Below are positions 48,354 through 58,634 of a stretch of DNA of 64,000 bases, in pieces. The translations under genes and the position numbers were made by a program. The stretch's first letter is position 1, and each line of letters opens with the position of its first letter. Origin of the DNA: a candidate division WWE3 bacterium RIFOXYC1_FULL_40_10 (GTDB lineage: Bacteria > Patescibacteriota > WWE3 > UBA101185 > UBA10185); the NCBI GenBank assembly GCA_001773215.1, contig MEWB01000001.1:614099-678098 (forward strand). The letters are read 5' to 3'. Under the pieces are notes generated by a model. It searched no databases, was not told the origin of the DNA, and saw nothing but the letters and a program-made list of their open reading frames with translations.

Positions 48354-49535
48354 TTAATACACAACTTGATCCATGTTCGCATCCGAAACAATGCTAATCC
48401 AGAAATTACCCCTATTGAAGGCTATTTCTTCCCCATTGGTATCGTAAAAAACAGTTCTTTCGTCTCGGCCGGCTTTGGTCCATGTGGCATCAATAACCCT
48501 GCCATCTATCATTATCAAGGCTTGGCCGCTTCCTTCTAGCTCATAGGTTAACCTATTTTTATCATCTCCTGCAATAGGCTGTTCAGGAACAAACTGAATT
48601 ATCAGGTTCTTCACTCTTACCTGTTCTCCCGTATTTAGATCAATTGTTGGCTTGGGTTGGTCGTTTTCATCAAAACCGGTATATCTTCGATAGGTATTGG
48701 TTCCCATGTCGTATTTGAACATACCCGTGTAATCACCCTTATACCAAAAATCAATTTGAATAAGATCCTCACATCCTATTTCGGCGCACTTTGTTGGTGA
48801 AGCTGCCGAATCCTCTTTGAACTCCCATAACCTTATATCACTCGTACCGCCCCACCCTAGGTCTTTTCCAACCTGATTGAGATACTGCACGTTTCCAAAA
48901 GCCGTATGCTCCCATGCAACATCCGAACTGACCCTTTTCATATCTCTCCAACAAGCCTCATCTTTTGGATCATCCAGAACTTGGTCACAATTAAGACCTG
49001 CTCTGCCCAAACTTCTCACAGGCCAAGATTCTATCGCCTGTAAAGCCTGGGGAGACCAGCCTATATGCATAATAGCCGCATCCGCTAATTCTTTAACAAT
49101 GACCAGATAATATTCTCTTGTACTTCTAATCGGCCCCGCTTTTTGGGGAAATTTGGAATGAAAAAAACTAAGAAATCTTGTTATCCCACCCTCGGCGACG
49201 ATTTCATAAATAATATCTGCATCGCCCAACCCCGCTTGAGGGCGAGCACTTATATGATTATTCACCATTACACCAATCGGGCGGGAATCAATCCAGGAAG
49301 CAGCATCTTCGCCCATATAGAAAACCCCGGTTAACGGACTCATTACTTCTCCCCTGATTACGCTATTATTGCCCCCGGTAGTCACTCCGGATTTTTGGAA
49401 AGGGTTTAAGACCTGTCTGGCATTTTTTCCCGAAAGAAACAGATATAGGATTATTAGGATAATAGGGATTAAACTGAAGGGAAGGATTTTTTTTACTTTA
49501 TCCTTGAAACTCGGCGGCTGCATTTGATCATACAT
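48354..49535 (-). CDS. Membrane-anchored extracytoplasmic protein, DUF3048 (YerB)-like
   Basis: N-terminal TM helix; conserved patterns reminiscent of DUF3048 N/C domains. Family assignment from memory only. Confidence 0.4.
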   Translation of the reverse strand: MYDQMQPPSFKDKVKKILPFSLIPIILIILYLFLSGKNARQVLNPFQKSGVTTGGNNSVIRGEVMSPLTGVFYMGEDAASWIDSRPIGVMVNNHISARPQAGLGDADIIYEIVAEGGITRFLSFFHSKFPQKAGPIRSTREYYLVIVKELADAAIMHIGWSPQALQAIESWPVRSLGRAGLNCDQVLDDPKDEACWRDMKRVSSDVAWEHTAFGNVQYLNQVGKDLGWGGTSDIRLWEFKEDSAASPTKCAEIGCEDLIQIDFWYKGDYTGMFKYDMGTNTYRRYTGFDENDQPKPTIDLNTGEQVRVKNLIIQFVPEQPIAGDDKNRLTYELEGSGQALIMIDGRVIDATWTKAGRDERTVFYDTNGEEIAFNRGNFWISIVSDANMDQVVY

Positions 49536-49562
49536 CGTTAAATTATATATGTATCAACCAAG

Positions 49563-49591
49563 TTGCACAAATAACAAACAAAGTGTAGTAT
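49563..49591 (+). promoter_or_regulatory. Candidate promoter TTGCAC-17-TAGTAT upstream of a greA leader
   Basis: Seen directly; followed about 160 nt downstream by a CCCC-ACAC-GGGG + T7 hairpin (49753..49777) and then greA. Confidence 0.4.
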
Positions 49592-49813
49592 GTGCTTCCT
49601 GAGGCGAGCTCACGTATTGCGTAGCAGTGCCTAATTGTTACATATTGATGCAGGTCTTACCCCAAAGAACATTGCTATAACAGCATTTGCCCCAATATGT
49701 ATAGATTGACACCTGGGCCAGGGTATGATAAAAAATACATCGTAATAGTTTTCCTCCCCACACGGGGCTAATTTTTTTGTGGACCTTCAAAGTCCACTAT
49801 AAAGAAATATAAA

Positions 49814-50278
49814 ATGGATAAAAACAATAAAATAACATTAACTAAAGAAGGGCTCGATAATCTTAAAAAAGAATTGCAAGAGTTGATAAAAATCAAACAA
49901 CCGGAAATTGCTCAAAAGATTAAAGAGGCTCGTGAAATGGGCGACATTTCTGAAAATGCAGCCTACGACACAGCTATGCAAGAAAAGGCCTACATCGAAG
50001 GTCGAGCTGCCGAATTGGAAGAACTGATCAAATCATCTTCGGTGGCAAATTGTTCTTCCGACGGTACTGTGTGTGTTGGATCTAAGGTTTTAGTTCATGT
50101 AGACGGAACACAAGAGGAGTTTCACATCGTGGGACCCCCCGAAGCCAACCCCATGGAAAAAAAGATTTCCCACGAATCGCCTTTGGGATCTATGCTTATG
50201 GGCAAAAAGATCGGGGACAAGTTTGAAGTTGAGGCTCCTATAGGGATCCTTACCTACACAATCCTAAAAATCAAATAA
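49814..50278 (+). CDS. greA: Transcription elongation factor GreA
   Basis: N-terminal coiled coil with DxxE acidic tip (DISENAAYD), C-terminal FKBP-like domain. Confidence 0.85.
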   Translation: MDKNNKITLTKEGLDNLKKELQELIKIKQPEIAQKIKEAREMGDISENAAYDTAMQEKAYIEGRAAELEELIKSSSVANCSSDGTVCVGSKVLVHVDGTQEEFHIVGPPEANPMEKKISHESPLGSMLMGKKIGDKFEVEAPIGILTYTILKIK

Positions 50279-50329
50279 ATTCAATAAAAAATCATTGAAT
50301 ACTTGATTCTATTGTGGTTATATTGCCAC

Positions 50330-51811
50330 ATGGCAACAATTCAAGAATTACGCGAGGTGCGAATTAATAAACTAAATAAACTCATAGAAATGGGATTTAA
50401 TCCCTACCCGCCCTATGCAAATAAAACTGTTATAAACAGCAGGCTCACACAAAACTTTGAAAAATACGAAAATAGCGTACAAACCCTTACCGGAAGATTA
50501 ATGTCGTGGAGGGAACATGGACCCTTATCCTTCGGCGATCTCCAGGATGAATCAGGTAGGATTCAGTTATATATCAAGCAGGATTCCTTGGCAGAAAAAA
50601 ATGTCGAGGAACAACTATTGGGATACGAGGATTTAAATCTACTGGATATAGGAGACTTTTTAGAAGTTACGGGCAAAGTAACTAAAACACAACGAGGTGA
50701 AATTTCCTTGGAGGCGACCCACTTAAAAATTATCGCAAAAGCATTAAGACCTTTACCCGAAAAATGGGACGGCTTAAAGGACGTGGAGGAAAGATACCGA
50801 AAAAGGTATTTAGATTTATTAACAACTCCTGAAACCCGAAGGGTGCTGGATGCACGCTGGAAAATAACATGGGAACTTCGTAAATTCCTAATCGAAAAAG
50901 GGTTTAATGAGGTAGAAACACCAATATTGCAATCTTTGTACGGGGGTACAAATGCAAAGCCGTTTACTACCCATTTTAATGCACTGGACTGCGACTTTTA
51001 TCTAAGAGTAGCACCTGAGCTTTACTTAAAAAGGCTAATTGTCGGAGGTTACGAGAAAGTGTTTGAGATAGCTCGAAATTTTAGAAACGAGGGTATGGAT
51101 CACTCTCATTTCCCTGAGTTTACGATGGTTGAGTGGTACGAGGCGTATGCCGACTACAACAAGGTTATGGACTTAGCCGAAGAACTAGCTAAACACCTGA
51201 TAAGGCAACTTAGCGGAAAGACTGAACTAAGTGTGGGTGAAAATACTATCGAAATAGGAAACACCTGGCGAAGAGTACCGGTTGAGGAGTTGTTGAAAGA
51301 ACACTTGGGAATAGAATGGAACACGGTTTCTGAAACTGAACTAAAAGAGCTTCAAGAAAAATATAAGGTGAAAACCAGAGGTGTGTGGACAAAGAATAAG
51401 GCTCTTTTTGCCATTTTTGATCACGTAATCACAAAAAAGTTGATCGAACCTACATGGGTAATTGATTACCCCATCGAAGTTAGCCCCTTAGCTAAAGCTC
51501 ACAGGTCTAAACCGGGAAGAACCGAGAGATTTGAAGGCTACATTGGAGGCGTGGAAATCTTCGACGGCTGGAGCGAGATAGTGTCGGGTTTAGAACAGAG
51601 ACAAAGGTTTGAAACTGAACAAAATAACATGCGGGAAGGTGATGATGAGGCCATGCCACTTGATGAGGACTTTATTGAAGCACTTGAGCACGGGGCGCCT
51701 CCAATGGGTGGCATCGGCTTTGGTGTCGACAGACTTGTGATGTTTTTAACAAACACTTGGGCAATTAAGGATGTTACAGCTTTTCCGATTTTAAAACCAA
51801 GAAATAATTGA
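50330..51811 (+). CDS. lysS: Lysyl-tRNA synthetase, class II
   Basis: N-terminal OB anticodon-binding domain, class II motifs 1-3 (...FRNEG..., ...GGIGFGVDRLVMFL...). Start set at ATG (MATIQELREV). Confidence 0.9.
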   Translation: MATIQELREVRINKLNKLIEMGFNPYPPYANKTVINSRLTQNFEKYENSVQTLTGRLMSWREHGPLSFGDLQDESGRIQLYIKQDSLAEKNVEEQLLGYEDLNLLDIGDFLEVTGKVTKTQRGEISLEATHLKIIAKALRPLPEKWDGLKDVEERYRKRYLDLLTTPETRRVLDARWKITWELRKFLIEKGFNEVETPILQSLYGGTNAKPFTTHFNALDCDFYLRVAPELYLKRLIVGGYEKVFEIARNFRNEGMDHSHFPEFTMVEWYEAYADYNKVMDLAEELAKHLIRQLSGKTELSVGENTIEIGNTWRRVPVEELLKEHLGIEWNTVSETELKELQEKYKVKTRGVWTKNKALFAIFDHVITKKLIEPTWVIDYPIEVSPLAKAHRSKPGRTERFEGYIGGVEIFDGWSEIVSGLEQRQRFETEQNNMREGDDEAMPLDEDFIEALEHGAPPMGGIGFGVDRLVMFLTNTWAIKDVTAFPILKPRNN

Positions 51812-51823
51812 TATCATTAGCCA

Positions 51824-53047
51824 ATGAACGAAGAAGTTGTTGTAGACATTAAAACTGTTGAGGAAAAACTAGCTGATTTACAAAGGAGAAAAAAGAAGTT
51901 CAACAGAATAATGGCTATAGTAAAATTAGTTGGTATATTTTTGATTCTGTTTGTGATTTCTTCCCTGATATACAACAGATATTTTAAAAAAAGTCCTCCT
52001 GCACCTTTTGAACCAAAGGAAGATACCCCAACAACAGAACCTAATGACTTCACAGTTATTACTCCTAAGATTTTTACTGATGATACTCTAAAAATATCAT
52101 TTCAGTACCCCGGAAACGCACAACTTACACCGTTGAATGTTTCAGAAGATAAAAAAATAACAAAGCTGTCCGTTTTATATGATACTTCATGGACAGATGC
52201 ACTTCCCCAAGTTACCGAATCGGCTGTTAACGACGGCTATGCGTTAAAAATAACCAGGTTCGAAACCCAGGTTACCGATATTCAAAATATTGCCAAAACC
52301 AAGCTTAAAAGCCTTCAGGACAAATGTTTCCCCGTAACCGAATACACTAGTCCGCACTTTGAAAAGATCGACAACATTGATTCGATAGCATTTGAGGCTA
52401 ACAAATGCGGGGGAGATTACAAATATATTTATGTACCTCGCTTTTACGCATATTATGAGCTTGAACTCATCGCCAAAGGAGATTTTGGCTATACCGAGAG
52501 ATACTCAAGGACTATGGGTGAAGTTGTGGATTCTCTCAAATTCTTTTCGGAGGATCCACCGGGATGGACCCCATTTATTGTTTTTGATAATGCAAAATAT
52601 CTATTTTCTTTTAAGCATCCGAGATTCGACTCTAACTGCTGTGATGTACCGGGACCAAAGTTTGAAAAAAACTCTCCTACAAATTTAGGCAGTTTAGTGG
52701 ATCCTACTACCAAGATAGATAGCAAGAATTTCGATGGAATCACCTTGTACGCGGATAAAGAGACCGGAAGATCATTCGACCAATATGTGGAAAGACAGAA
52801 AACTTTGTTTAATGACGAGTATGTGATCGTAAAGGGAGAAAATCCTAAAACTTCTCAAGAAGAATTCACTGTTGGAGGGAAGCGCGCGATAAGAATCAAA
52901 GGTTACTCGTGGAAAGGTAATGATTTGATATATTTGGATACTTTGGATAGAGGAGCTGTTATCACTGTTTCGGTAAACAACCTAACAGGTGAAAGCTTTG
53001 AAATAAAGCTAAAAGGCATGTTGGAATCGTTTGAGTTTAGAAACTAA
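51824..53047 (+). CDS. Hypothetical membrane-anchored protein (407 aa)
   Basis: Single N-terminal TM helix, Pro/Thr linker, extracytoplasmic domain with no recognisable motif. Confidence 0.4.
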   Translation: MNEEVVVDIKTVEEKLADLQRRKKKFNRIMAIVKLVGIFLILFVISSLIYNRYFKKSPPAPFEPKEDTPTTEPNDFTVITPKIFTDDTLKISFQYPGNAQLTPLNVSEDKKITKLSVLYDTSWTDALPQVTESAVNDGYALKITRFETQVTDIQNIAKTKLKSLQDKCFPVTEYTSPHFEKIDNIDSIAFEANKCGGDYKYIYVPRFYAYYELELIAKGDFGYTERYSRTMGEVVDSLKFFSEDPPGWTPFIVFDNAKYLFSFKHPRFDSNCCDVPGPKFEKNSPTNLGSLVDPTTKIDSKNFDGITLYADKETGRSFDQYVERQKTLFNDEYVIVKGENPKTSQEEFTVGGKRAIRIKGYSWKGNDLIYLDTLDRGAVITVSVNNLTGESFEIKLKGMLESFEFRN

Positions 53048-53090
53048 ACAATTTCCATATTCGCGAAGAAATTTGCTCGAGTCCATATAG

Positions 53091-53594
53091 TTATTTTGGT
53101 CGCGACATTAAGCCAACATTTTTTGAACTTGCAAAATTAAATTCAACTCTTTGATAAATTACACCATGATCGTCGTAAAATTTCGAGATCTGGTCTATCA
53201 AAGCTTCCCTGCCAAGCTTTCTTGATCGATCCCAAAAGTTACAGCAGGGGATTAAGATAGCAGGCTTAATAAGTGCCGCTTCGGCTACAGCTCTGGTGGC
53301 TTCGTCGGGATGTAAGCCAATTATTAAGTCGAAGGTTGAAGCAAGATCGGAATCAAATACTTCTTGCACAGAAGGAACACCTACTAAGGCAAATCCTCTT
53401 GGATCAACCACTTCAGCTTCGTAGTTGTACTTCTTTCGCAAAATCCTTGTTAGCATCCCCCTTCCTCCCGCCACATCGGCAATGTACCTAACTTTTCTCC
53501 CATAAGTTTGGGCAACAAAATCCGCTAAAACCTCAAACCTTTCGGGGGCGCCATGAAACATGTGACCTTTAGTTTTTCCCTTGAGTGTACTCAT
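53091..53594 (-). CDS. Small SAM-methyltransferase-fold protein (Methyltransf_32/METTL25-like?), paralogue A
   Basis: Motif I DVAGGRGML, acidic VVDP, GLHPDEA and LIPCC motifs. Confidence 0.45.
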   Translation of the reverse strand: MSTLKGKTKGHMFHGAPERFEVLADFVAQTYGRKVRYIADVAGGRGMLTRILRKKYNYEAEVVDPRGFALVGVPSVQEVFDSDLASTFDLIIGLHPDEATRAVAEAALIKPAILIPCCNFWDRSRKLGREALIDQISKFYDDHGVIYQRVEFNFASSKNVGLMSRPK

Positions 53595-54175
53595 ACCGTT
53601 TCCTCAGCTTTTTTGTTGTAAATAACAATATTTTGGCCCTTAAAATTGAGCTCTGCTTTTCCAATATCAAAGCCCTGTTGCTTGGCGTAATCAACAAGCG
53701 AATCCAGCCAGTTAATACCCTGTTGTGGAATAATCGGCTCTCCTACAACACAACATGGTAGAAGCACAAAATCCTTCCCATATTTTTTGCAGGCATTTAT
53801 GATTTTCATATTCGAACCATGTGCGTGCAATCCGATGAGCAAGTTATAATCTTGAGCCATTTCTTCTTTAAATTTATCCGTAACTCTTGTAACACTCCCT
53901 CTTTCTTTTTTAACAAGCGTTGTCCTCGTCTTCGTTAAGTCTTTAAAGGTTCGGGGTAATTCTTGGTTAAAGGGATCAATAACGACAGCATTCCAGCCGC
54001 TTTTGTTTAATAAATAGGCTAACAGCCCCTTCCCACCACCTACATCCGCGGCTTTACAGGGTTTATAGTTAGTTACCAACCAGTCGTGTAAGAGATGGAA
54101 TCTTTTGCGGTGACTAAGCCTTGGTTTTCTTCTATCTGTTTTTTGCTTCACGAAGGCATTATAGCAACAAACCAA
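53591..54175 (-). CDS. Small SAM-methyltransferase-fold protein (Methyltransf_32/METTL25-like?), paralogue B
   Basis: Motif I DVGGGKGLL, VVIDP, GLHAHG, LLPCC. Its stop overlaps the start of paralogue A (ATGA), so the two form an operon. Confidence 0.45.
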   Translation of the reverse strand: MVCCYNAFVKQKTDRRKPRLSHRKRFHLLHDWLVTNYKPCKAADVGGGKGLLAYLLNKSGWNAVVIDPFNQELPRTFKDLTKTRTTLVKKERGSVTRVTDKFKEEMAQDYNLLIGLHAHGSNMKIINACKKYGKDFVLLPCCVVGEPIIPQQGINWLDSLVDYAKQQGFDIGKAELNFKGQNIVIYNKKAEETV

Positions 54176-54198
54176 GCATGTAATTTTGCCAAATTGGA

Positions 54199-55011
54199 TT
54201 ACAAGCCCAATTGCTCAAGTTTAGCAGCAGTCTCGTCGTGAAGCCGTTTCTCGAGTATCTCCTGAGCATTTATTGTAGCCATCTCTTCTTTTCTACTCTC
54301 TTCCCACGCCTCTCTGGCGGCCAGCCTCCTTGGCTCCACAACTTTTTCACCTAATAATCTTAGGAAAACTGGTGCAAAATTCACAAAGACCTTTAATTCA
54401 TCATCCCCACTCATTTGCATGCCATCTACCCTAACTTTAGGTAAAGGTTGGCCAAAATATTCTGGATAATTGACCACTTTGTAAATGTTTTTAAAGGTGT
54501 GCTTGGGACTACTGAGATCTAGTGTGATCCTTACTCCATTATAAACCAGACCAAGCTCCTCAACATTGTCCTCCTCGAGTTTTGAAGTAAAATCAGACGA
54601 CCCATTATATCGCTCCTCAAACTTCTCAACGAACTGCTTCTCAGTGAGAAGGTACCCGGCCATGTTAGCTATCCTCTCCCCATTAAGAACTTGTTTATCA
54701 CTTGGTCGTAAAAACCCAAACTTCTTCCCTCTAAAATAATTCTCAACCAAAGCCATGGTATGTGCAACAGAGACATCCTCTATAAATTTGTCCGCCTTAT
54801 CACCAAACAAACTTTGTAGTTCTCCAATAAGTGCTTGGGGGAAAGCATAGCCACGTTCCTCGAGTGTATATGACTCCGGTGTCAAACCAGTCATTCTGTC
54901 ATGGATATCAGTGTATTGTTCCCCACCAATTTTGGCAGTGCTGGGACTGGTAACGTAAGATATATCAAAAGGGTTTGCTGTGAATTCTTTTTTCATACCT
55001 ATATTTTGCAC
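54199..55011 (-). CDS. Hypothetical protein (270 aa) inside the methyltransferase cluster
   Basis: No recognisable motif. Confidence 0.35.
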   Translation of the reverse strand: MQNIGMKKEFTANPFDISYVTSPSTAKIGGEQYTDIHDRMTGLTPESYTLEERGYAFPQALIGELQSLFGDKADKFIEDVSVAHTMALVENYFRGKKFGFLRPSDKQVLNGERIANMAGYLLTEKQFVEKFEERYNGSSDFTSKLEEDNVEELGLVYNGVRITLDLSSPKHTFKNIYKVVNYPEYFGQPLPKVRVDGMQMSGDDELKVFVNFAPVFLRLLGEKVVEPRRLAAREAWEESRKEEMATINAQEILEKRLHDETAAKLEQLGL

Positions 55012-55035
55012 TCAACCCAAAGAAGTTGTCAACGC

Positions 55036-55491
55036 TCATCTATTCCATGCTATGCAATTTTTAGCAAACTGTTTCAACGAACCGCTTTTTATAATTATTG
55101 CTTCGGGCTCAAAAACAGCGGCATACATATTTACCAGCGATATTACATCCAATAAAGCCCTATAACTAGATAAACCTGACATATCTATGTATATCTTGGT
55201 AAACTTGTTTCCAAGCCTCATAGCCTCTTTGATGTTGAACGCATCAAGCGTTTCAAACCTTATTTCAGGGTATTTTTGCCTTGCAACTTTAATGCAATCC
55301 AAGCTTATATCCGTAGCAATAAGGTTTTTGCATTTTTCATGAATAAGTGTTGAAGTTGTTCCCCACTCACAGCCAATTTCTAGTATTGAATCTAAAGGCT
55401 TCACCCATTTTTCTATTGTTTGCCTAAACTCTTCCACACCTCTTGTGGCTATAAAAAGAGTTTTGAGCTTATACTGATTTTCATTTGCCAT
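55036..55491 (-). CDS. Class I SAM-dependent methyltransferase (151 aa)
   Basis: ILEIGCEWGTT (motif I), LIATDIS (motif II), IYIDMSG (motif IV-like). Confidence 0.55.
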   Translation of the reverse strand: MANENQYKLKTLFIATRGVEEFRQTIEKWVKPLDSILEIGCEWGTTSTLIHEKCKNLIATDISLDCIKVARQKYPEIRFETLDAFNIKEAMRLGNKFTKIYIDMSGLSSYRALLDVISLVNMYAAVFEPEAIIIKSGSLKQFAKNCIAWNR

Positions 55492-55731
55492 ATAAACACA
55501 CTGCTTGCGCAGCCTTTCTTGTGTGAGTTAGGGAACAAAAAAGCGCCCGAAGCCACACACTAATAAAATACCGAACGGTGTTTTTCTCACTTCGTTCGAA
55601 AAATAATGTATAACTTCTGGCGCTCTAAAGATAGAACTTGCTGAGCTACTCCGCCGTAGGCGAATGACCTCCAGACATTGGTATGCTAACATAGGCGACT
55701 ATATTTAGCAAATAAAGATCAAAATCTCTTT

Positions 55732-55806
55732 TGGTGACCCCACGGGGAATCGAACCCCGATTTACGGAATGAGAATCCGCCGTCCTAGCCGTTAGACGAT
55801 GGGGCC
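55732..55806 (-). tRNA. tRNA-Glu (anticodon CUC)
   Basis: Hand-folded cloverleaf: acceptor GGCCCCA/TGGGGTC, D-stem GTCT/GGAC, anticodon stem GCGGA/TCCGT with loop TTCTCAT, T-stem CGGGG/CCCCG with loop TTCGATT, encoded CCA. Confidence 0.8.
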
Positions 55807-55866
55807 ACGCCTCGCCATTCTAACAATAAACAAATCCAACGGCAAGATTACTGTATAATATTATTT

Positions 55867-56286
55867 ATGTTAAGTGATCTCAAAAAGATTCTTTACTTAC
55901 TGCCTGTTGTAGTAGCTTTACTTTTTGCTTCGTATATTTACTTCAACCGCTATCAACCTAAATCCATTCGCCAAGTTGAAGAAGTTAAGGGTAAACACGT
56001 AGGAAGCAAAGAGGAAGAAATTACATATCCACTTGGAGCAAAAAACGTAAGCTACAACGACACTAGCTCCAAAATCCAAGCAACCTTTCAAACTAATAAA
56101 ACTCCTGAAGAGATCATGAGTTTTTACAAAGCAGTTTTAATGGATAAAGACTGGGAGCTGGATTCCGAAGGAGACGAGAATGGGTTTTATATTTCGTATT
56201 ATCGAAAAGACTCTCAACGGATTAAGATATTGGCATCATTCCAAAGTAGTGATGAGGAAACTTTAGTAAGTGTTGAGAAATATTAA
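55867..56286 (+). CDS. Hypothetical membrane-anchored small protein (139 aa)
   Basis: N-terminal TM helix; no motif. Confidence 0.4.
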   Translation: MLSDLKKILYLLPVVVALLFASYIYFNRYQPKSIRQVEEVKGKHVGSKEEEITYPLGAKNVSYNDTSSKIQATFQTNKTPEEIMSFYKAVLMDKDWELDSEGDENGFYISYYRKDSQRIKILASFQSSDEETLVSVEKY

Positions 56287-58035
56287 CTAGTTATCCTTGG
56301 TTCCAACCAAAAAGATAGCTCTCCAGGGCCGGTAGTTACTTACGAACGTATCTTGGCCTATTATCTCCTCCCCGCGTTTAACAGTTCTTGAAAAGGTTGC
56401 AGTTCCTCCCCATGCAGACCAATCGACCTGCTTAACAGTTCCCTTTGGTAGGGTGGGATCGTCTTGGTATAGCGACGCGGGAGGGGGGCTTTGGTTTGTT
56501 AAAACAGACTCTGAAGTTTCAACTTCCCTACCATCAGGTGTGCCGTAGATACTGAACTTCAACCACTGCTCGGCTTTGTTGTAGTCAGTTTGTACCAAAA
56601 TATAATTTGGCGTGTCATTTTTAAATTGAAAATCTATCGAAGGTTGAAAAATAGTGGCATCAAAACCAGGAGCTCTATCCTGCTCGTAATAGCTAACTCT
56701 ATAATCATGAGGATACCTTGTTACAATCGGCAATCCAGCATCCAAAGCTGCCCTAAACAACGTAGTGGAGGTTTGACAAACTCCCCCTCCCTCACCGAGT
56801 ATTGTTCTTCCCCTGCTTATAATATAGGCAGAATTGTAACCTGTTGCAGCACTAATTTCACCAATGGAATTATTCATCGAGTAGATTTCCCCCGGTGGAA
56901 CCAAAACGCCATTAGTTCTTTCGGCCGCCAAAGTTAAATTGTGAATTCTGGAGGACATTGAACCGTAATAGGTTGAACTGCCTTCTCCCAGCAACGAATA
57001 AATCCCATACTTTGATTTGTCGGTGGGGCCTGATATTACTGTTACCGGAATTTCAACCTGGCTTAAACCGCCAAGATAGGCCTCTTTAAACTGTTCCGAA
57101 AACGCCTTTGTATTAACTTCCAACCCTTTGGAAACTAATTCAAAATCAAGAACCTTTTCCCTATCTACTCTAGTGACTCTTGCCCGGGGAGGATTATTTA
57201 CATCCATCGCAACAGATTGTACAAACAATTCTAGTCGTGGCTCATTTATACCTATTTCCAGCTTATCTCTATTTGTGATATCCAAAAACTCAATTAAATC
57301 CACAGTGGAAAGGGATTTCACATAGTCATTGTATTTCACAGATAACTTATTCATTACAATCCGTTTGATTTGGCTTAATATCTGCTCTACATCTTTTTCC
57401 ACAACTCTTGGAGTTACCTTACTCAAGGGTACCTGTTTTTGCTCGAAATCTAAACCCCCGAAAGAATTCATTACTATCGAATGGAGTTCATCGTTAACCA
57501 CCTTTTTGCCTTCGTTAGACTTAGTTACAACGATAGTATTATTCTCAAAGGCAACTCCGGCATCGACCGCTTGTTTGTTAACGTCCCCTTTTATGAGTGA
57601 ATAATTTCTACTCAGTACATCCTCGTTATAGTCGAAAAACAAATTGATATACAACGGCTTTAAAAACCCAGCCAATTTATCTTTAGAATCGTAAATAATA
57701 TTACCGGTTCGCCCTACTTCGAATGCTCTGGAAATTGAATTATCAACGTCGTATTGAAGGTGGATGTCTTTACCTGCTATTAGATACTTAATATTTCCTT
57801 CGTCGAGAATTAAGTCTGTCTGCGATTCGGCAATCCTTTTTTCTACCAAGGCTTTCGCTTCGGTAAAGTTTTTGCCCCCCACTTTCACCGACCCTATTCT
57901 AACTCCCGGGATAATCCGTTTGGCATAAACAACATGGTAGACTGAAACCAGTACCAAAAAAGCATATAAACAGATTAAGCCTATTCTAATTCTCTTGTTA
58001 GACAGTAATTTAGATAATCGATTCCCGTTTTTCAT
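56287..58035 (-). CDS. VanW-family protein with N-terminal membrane anchor and PG-binding-like repeats
   Basis: GGGVCQTSTTLFRAAL is the VanW (PF04294) signature. Confidence 0.7.
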   Translation of the reverse strand: MKNGNRLSKLLSNKRIRIGLICLYAFLVLVSVYHVVYAKRIIPGVRIGSVKVGGKNFTEAKALVEKRIAESQTDLILDEGNIKYLIAGKDIHLQYDVDNSISRAFEVGRTGNIIYDSKDKLAGFLKPLYINLFFDYNEDVLSRNYSLIKGDVNKQAVDAGVAFENNTIVVTKSNEGKKVVNDELHSIVMNSFGGLDFEQKQVPLSKVTPRVVEKDVEQILSQIKRIVMNKLSVKYNDYVKSLSTVDLIEFLDITNRDKLEIGINEPRLELFVQSVAMDVNNPPRARVTRVDREKVLDFELVSKGLEVNTKAFSEQFKEAYLGGLSQVEIPVTVISGPTDKSKYGIYSLLGEGSSTYYGSMSSRIHNLTLAAERTNGVLVPPGEIYSMNNSIGEISAATGYNSAYIISRGRTILGEGGGVCQTSTTLFRAALDAGLPIVTRYPHDYRVSYYEQDRAPGFDATIFQPSIDFQFKNDTPNYILVQTDYNKAEQWLKFSIYGTPDGREVETSESVLTNQSPPPASLYQDDPTLPKGTVKQVDWSAWGGTATFSRTVKRGEEIIGQDTFVSNYRPWRAIFLVGTKDN

Positions 58036-58561
58036 TTTTTTCGTGCTTGGGGCTTATTTTTCCAATTAGATATTTTTGTGGCTCCTCCGACATATCGACG
58101 AAATAGTCTGCCACCTCTGTGAGTTTAGATGACACTGTTTGTGAAAAACCGATTACTTCGGTTCTAACACCCTGACTTTTCGCGTATTCGAGCAGTTCGG
58201 TATAATCACCATCGCCTGAAACCAGCACCATTGCGTCGATTTTAGGTATTAGCCTGATCACATCCATACACAATCCAACATCCCAATCTCCTTTTTTGGC
58301 ACCACCGTAAAAAATTTGTAAATCTTTTTGGCGTACTTCAAACCCTATTTTTTCTAATGCAGAAAAGAACTCTTGTTCAGCTCCTACGTCTGCTTTAATA
58401 ACATATGTAAACGCCCTTATAAGCTTTCGGCCTGCTATACCTTCGGCTAGTACTTTTGCAAAATTTACTTTTGTGCCGTAAATGTTTTTAGCAGAGTAAT
58501 ACATGTTTTGTACGTCTATAAAAACTCCTACTTTTTGTTCTTTATGTTGTGAAGATATCAT
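58010..58561 (-). CDS. NYN-domain (LabA-like / PIN-like) protein
   Basis: VFIDVQNMYYS...VLVSGDGDY pattern of NYN/DUF88 nucleases. Confidence 0.65.
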   Translation of the reverse strand: MISSQHKEQKVGVFIDVQNMYYSAKNIYGTKVNFAKVLAEGIAGRKLIRAFTYVIKADVGAEQEFFSALEKIGFEVRQKDLQIFYGGAKKGDWDVGLCMDVIRLIPKIDAMVLVSGDGDYTELLEYAKSQGVRTEVIGFSQTVSSKLTEVADYFVDMSEEPQKYLIGKISPKHEKNEKRESII

Positions 58562-58634
58562 TTGTTAATTTTACATCATATTGCGCGAATTAGTAATTTA
58601 AGAGTTTTTGATGATAAAATACTGGGGATTACTT

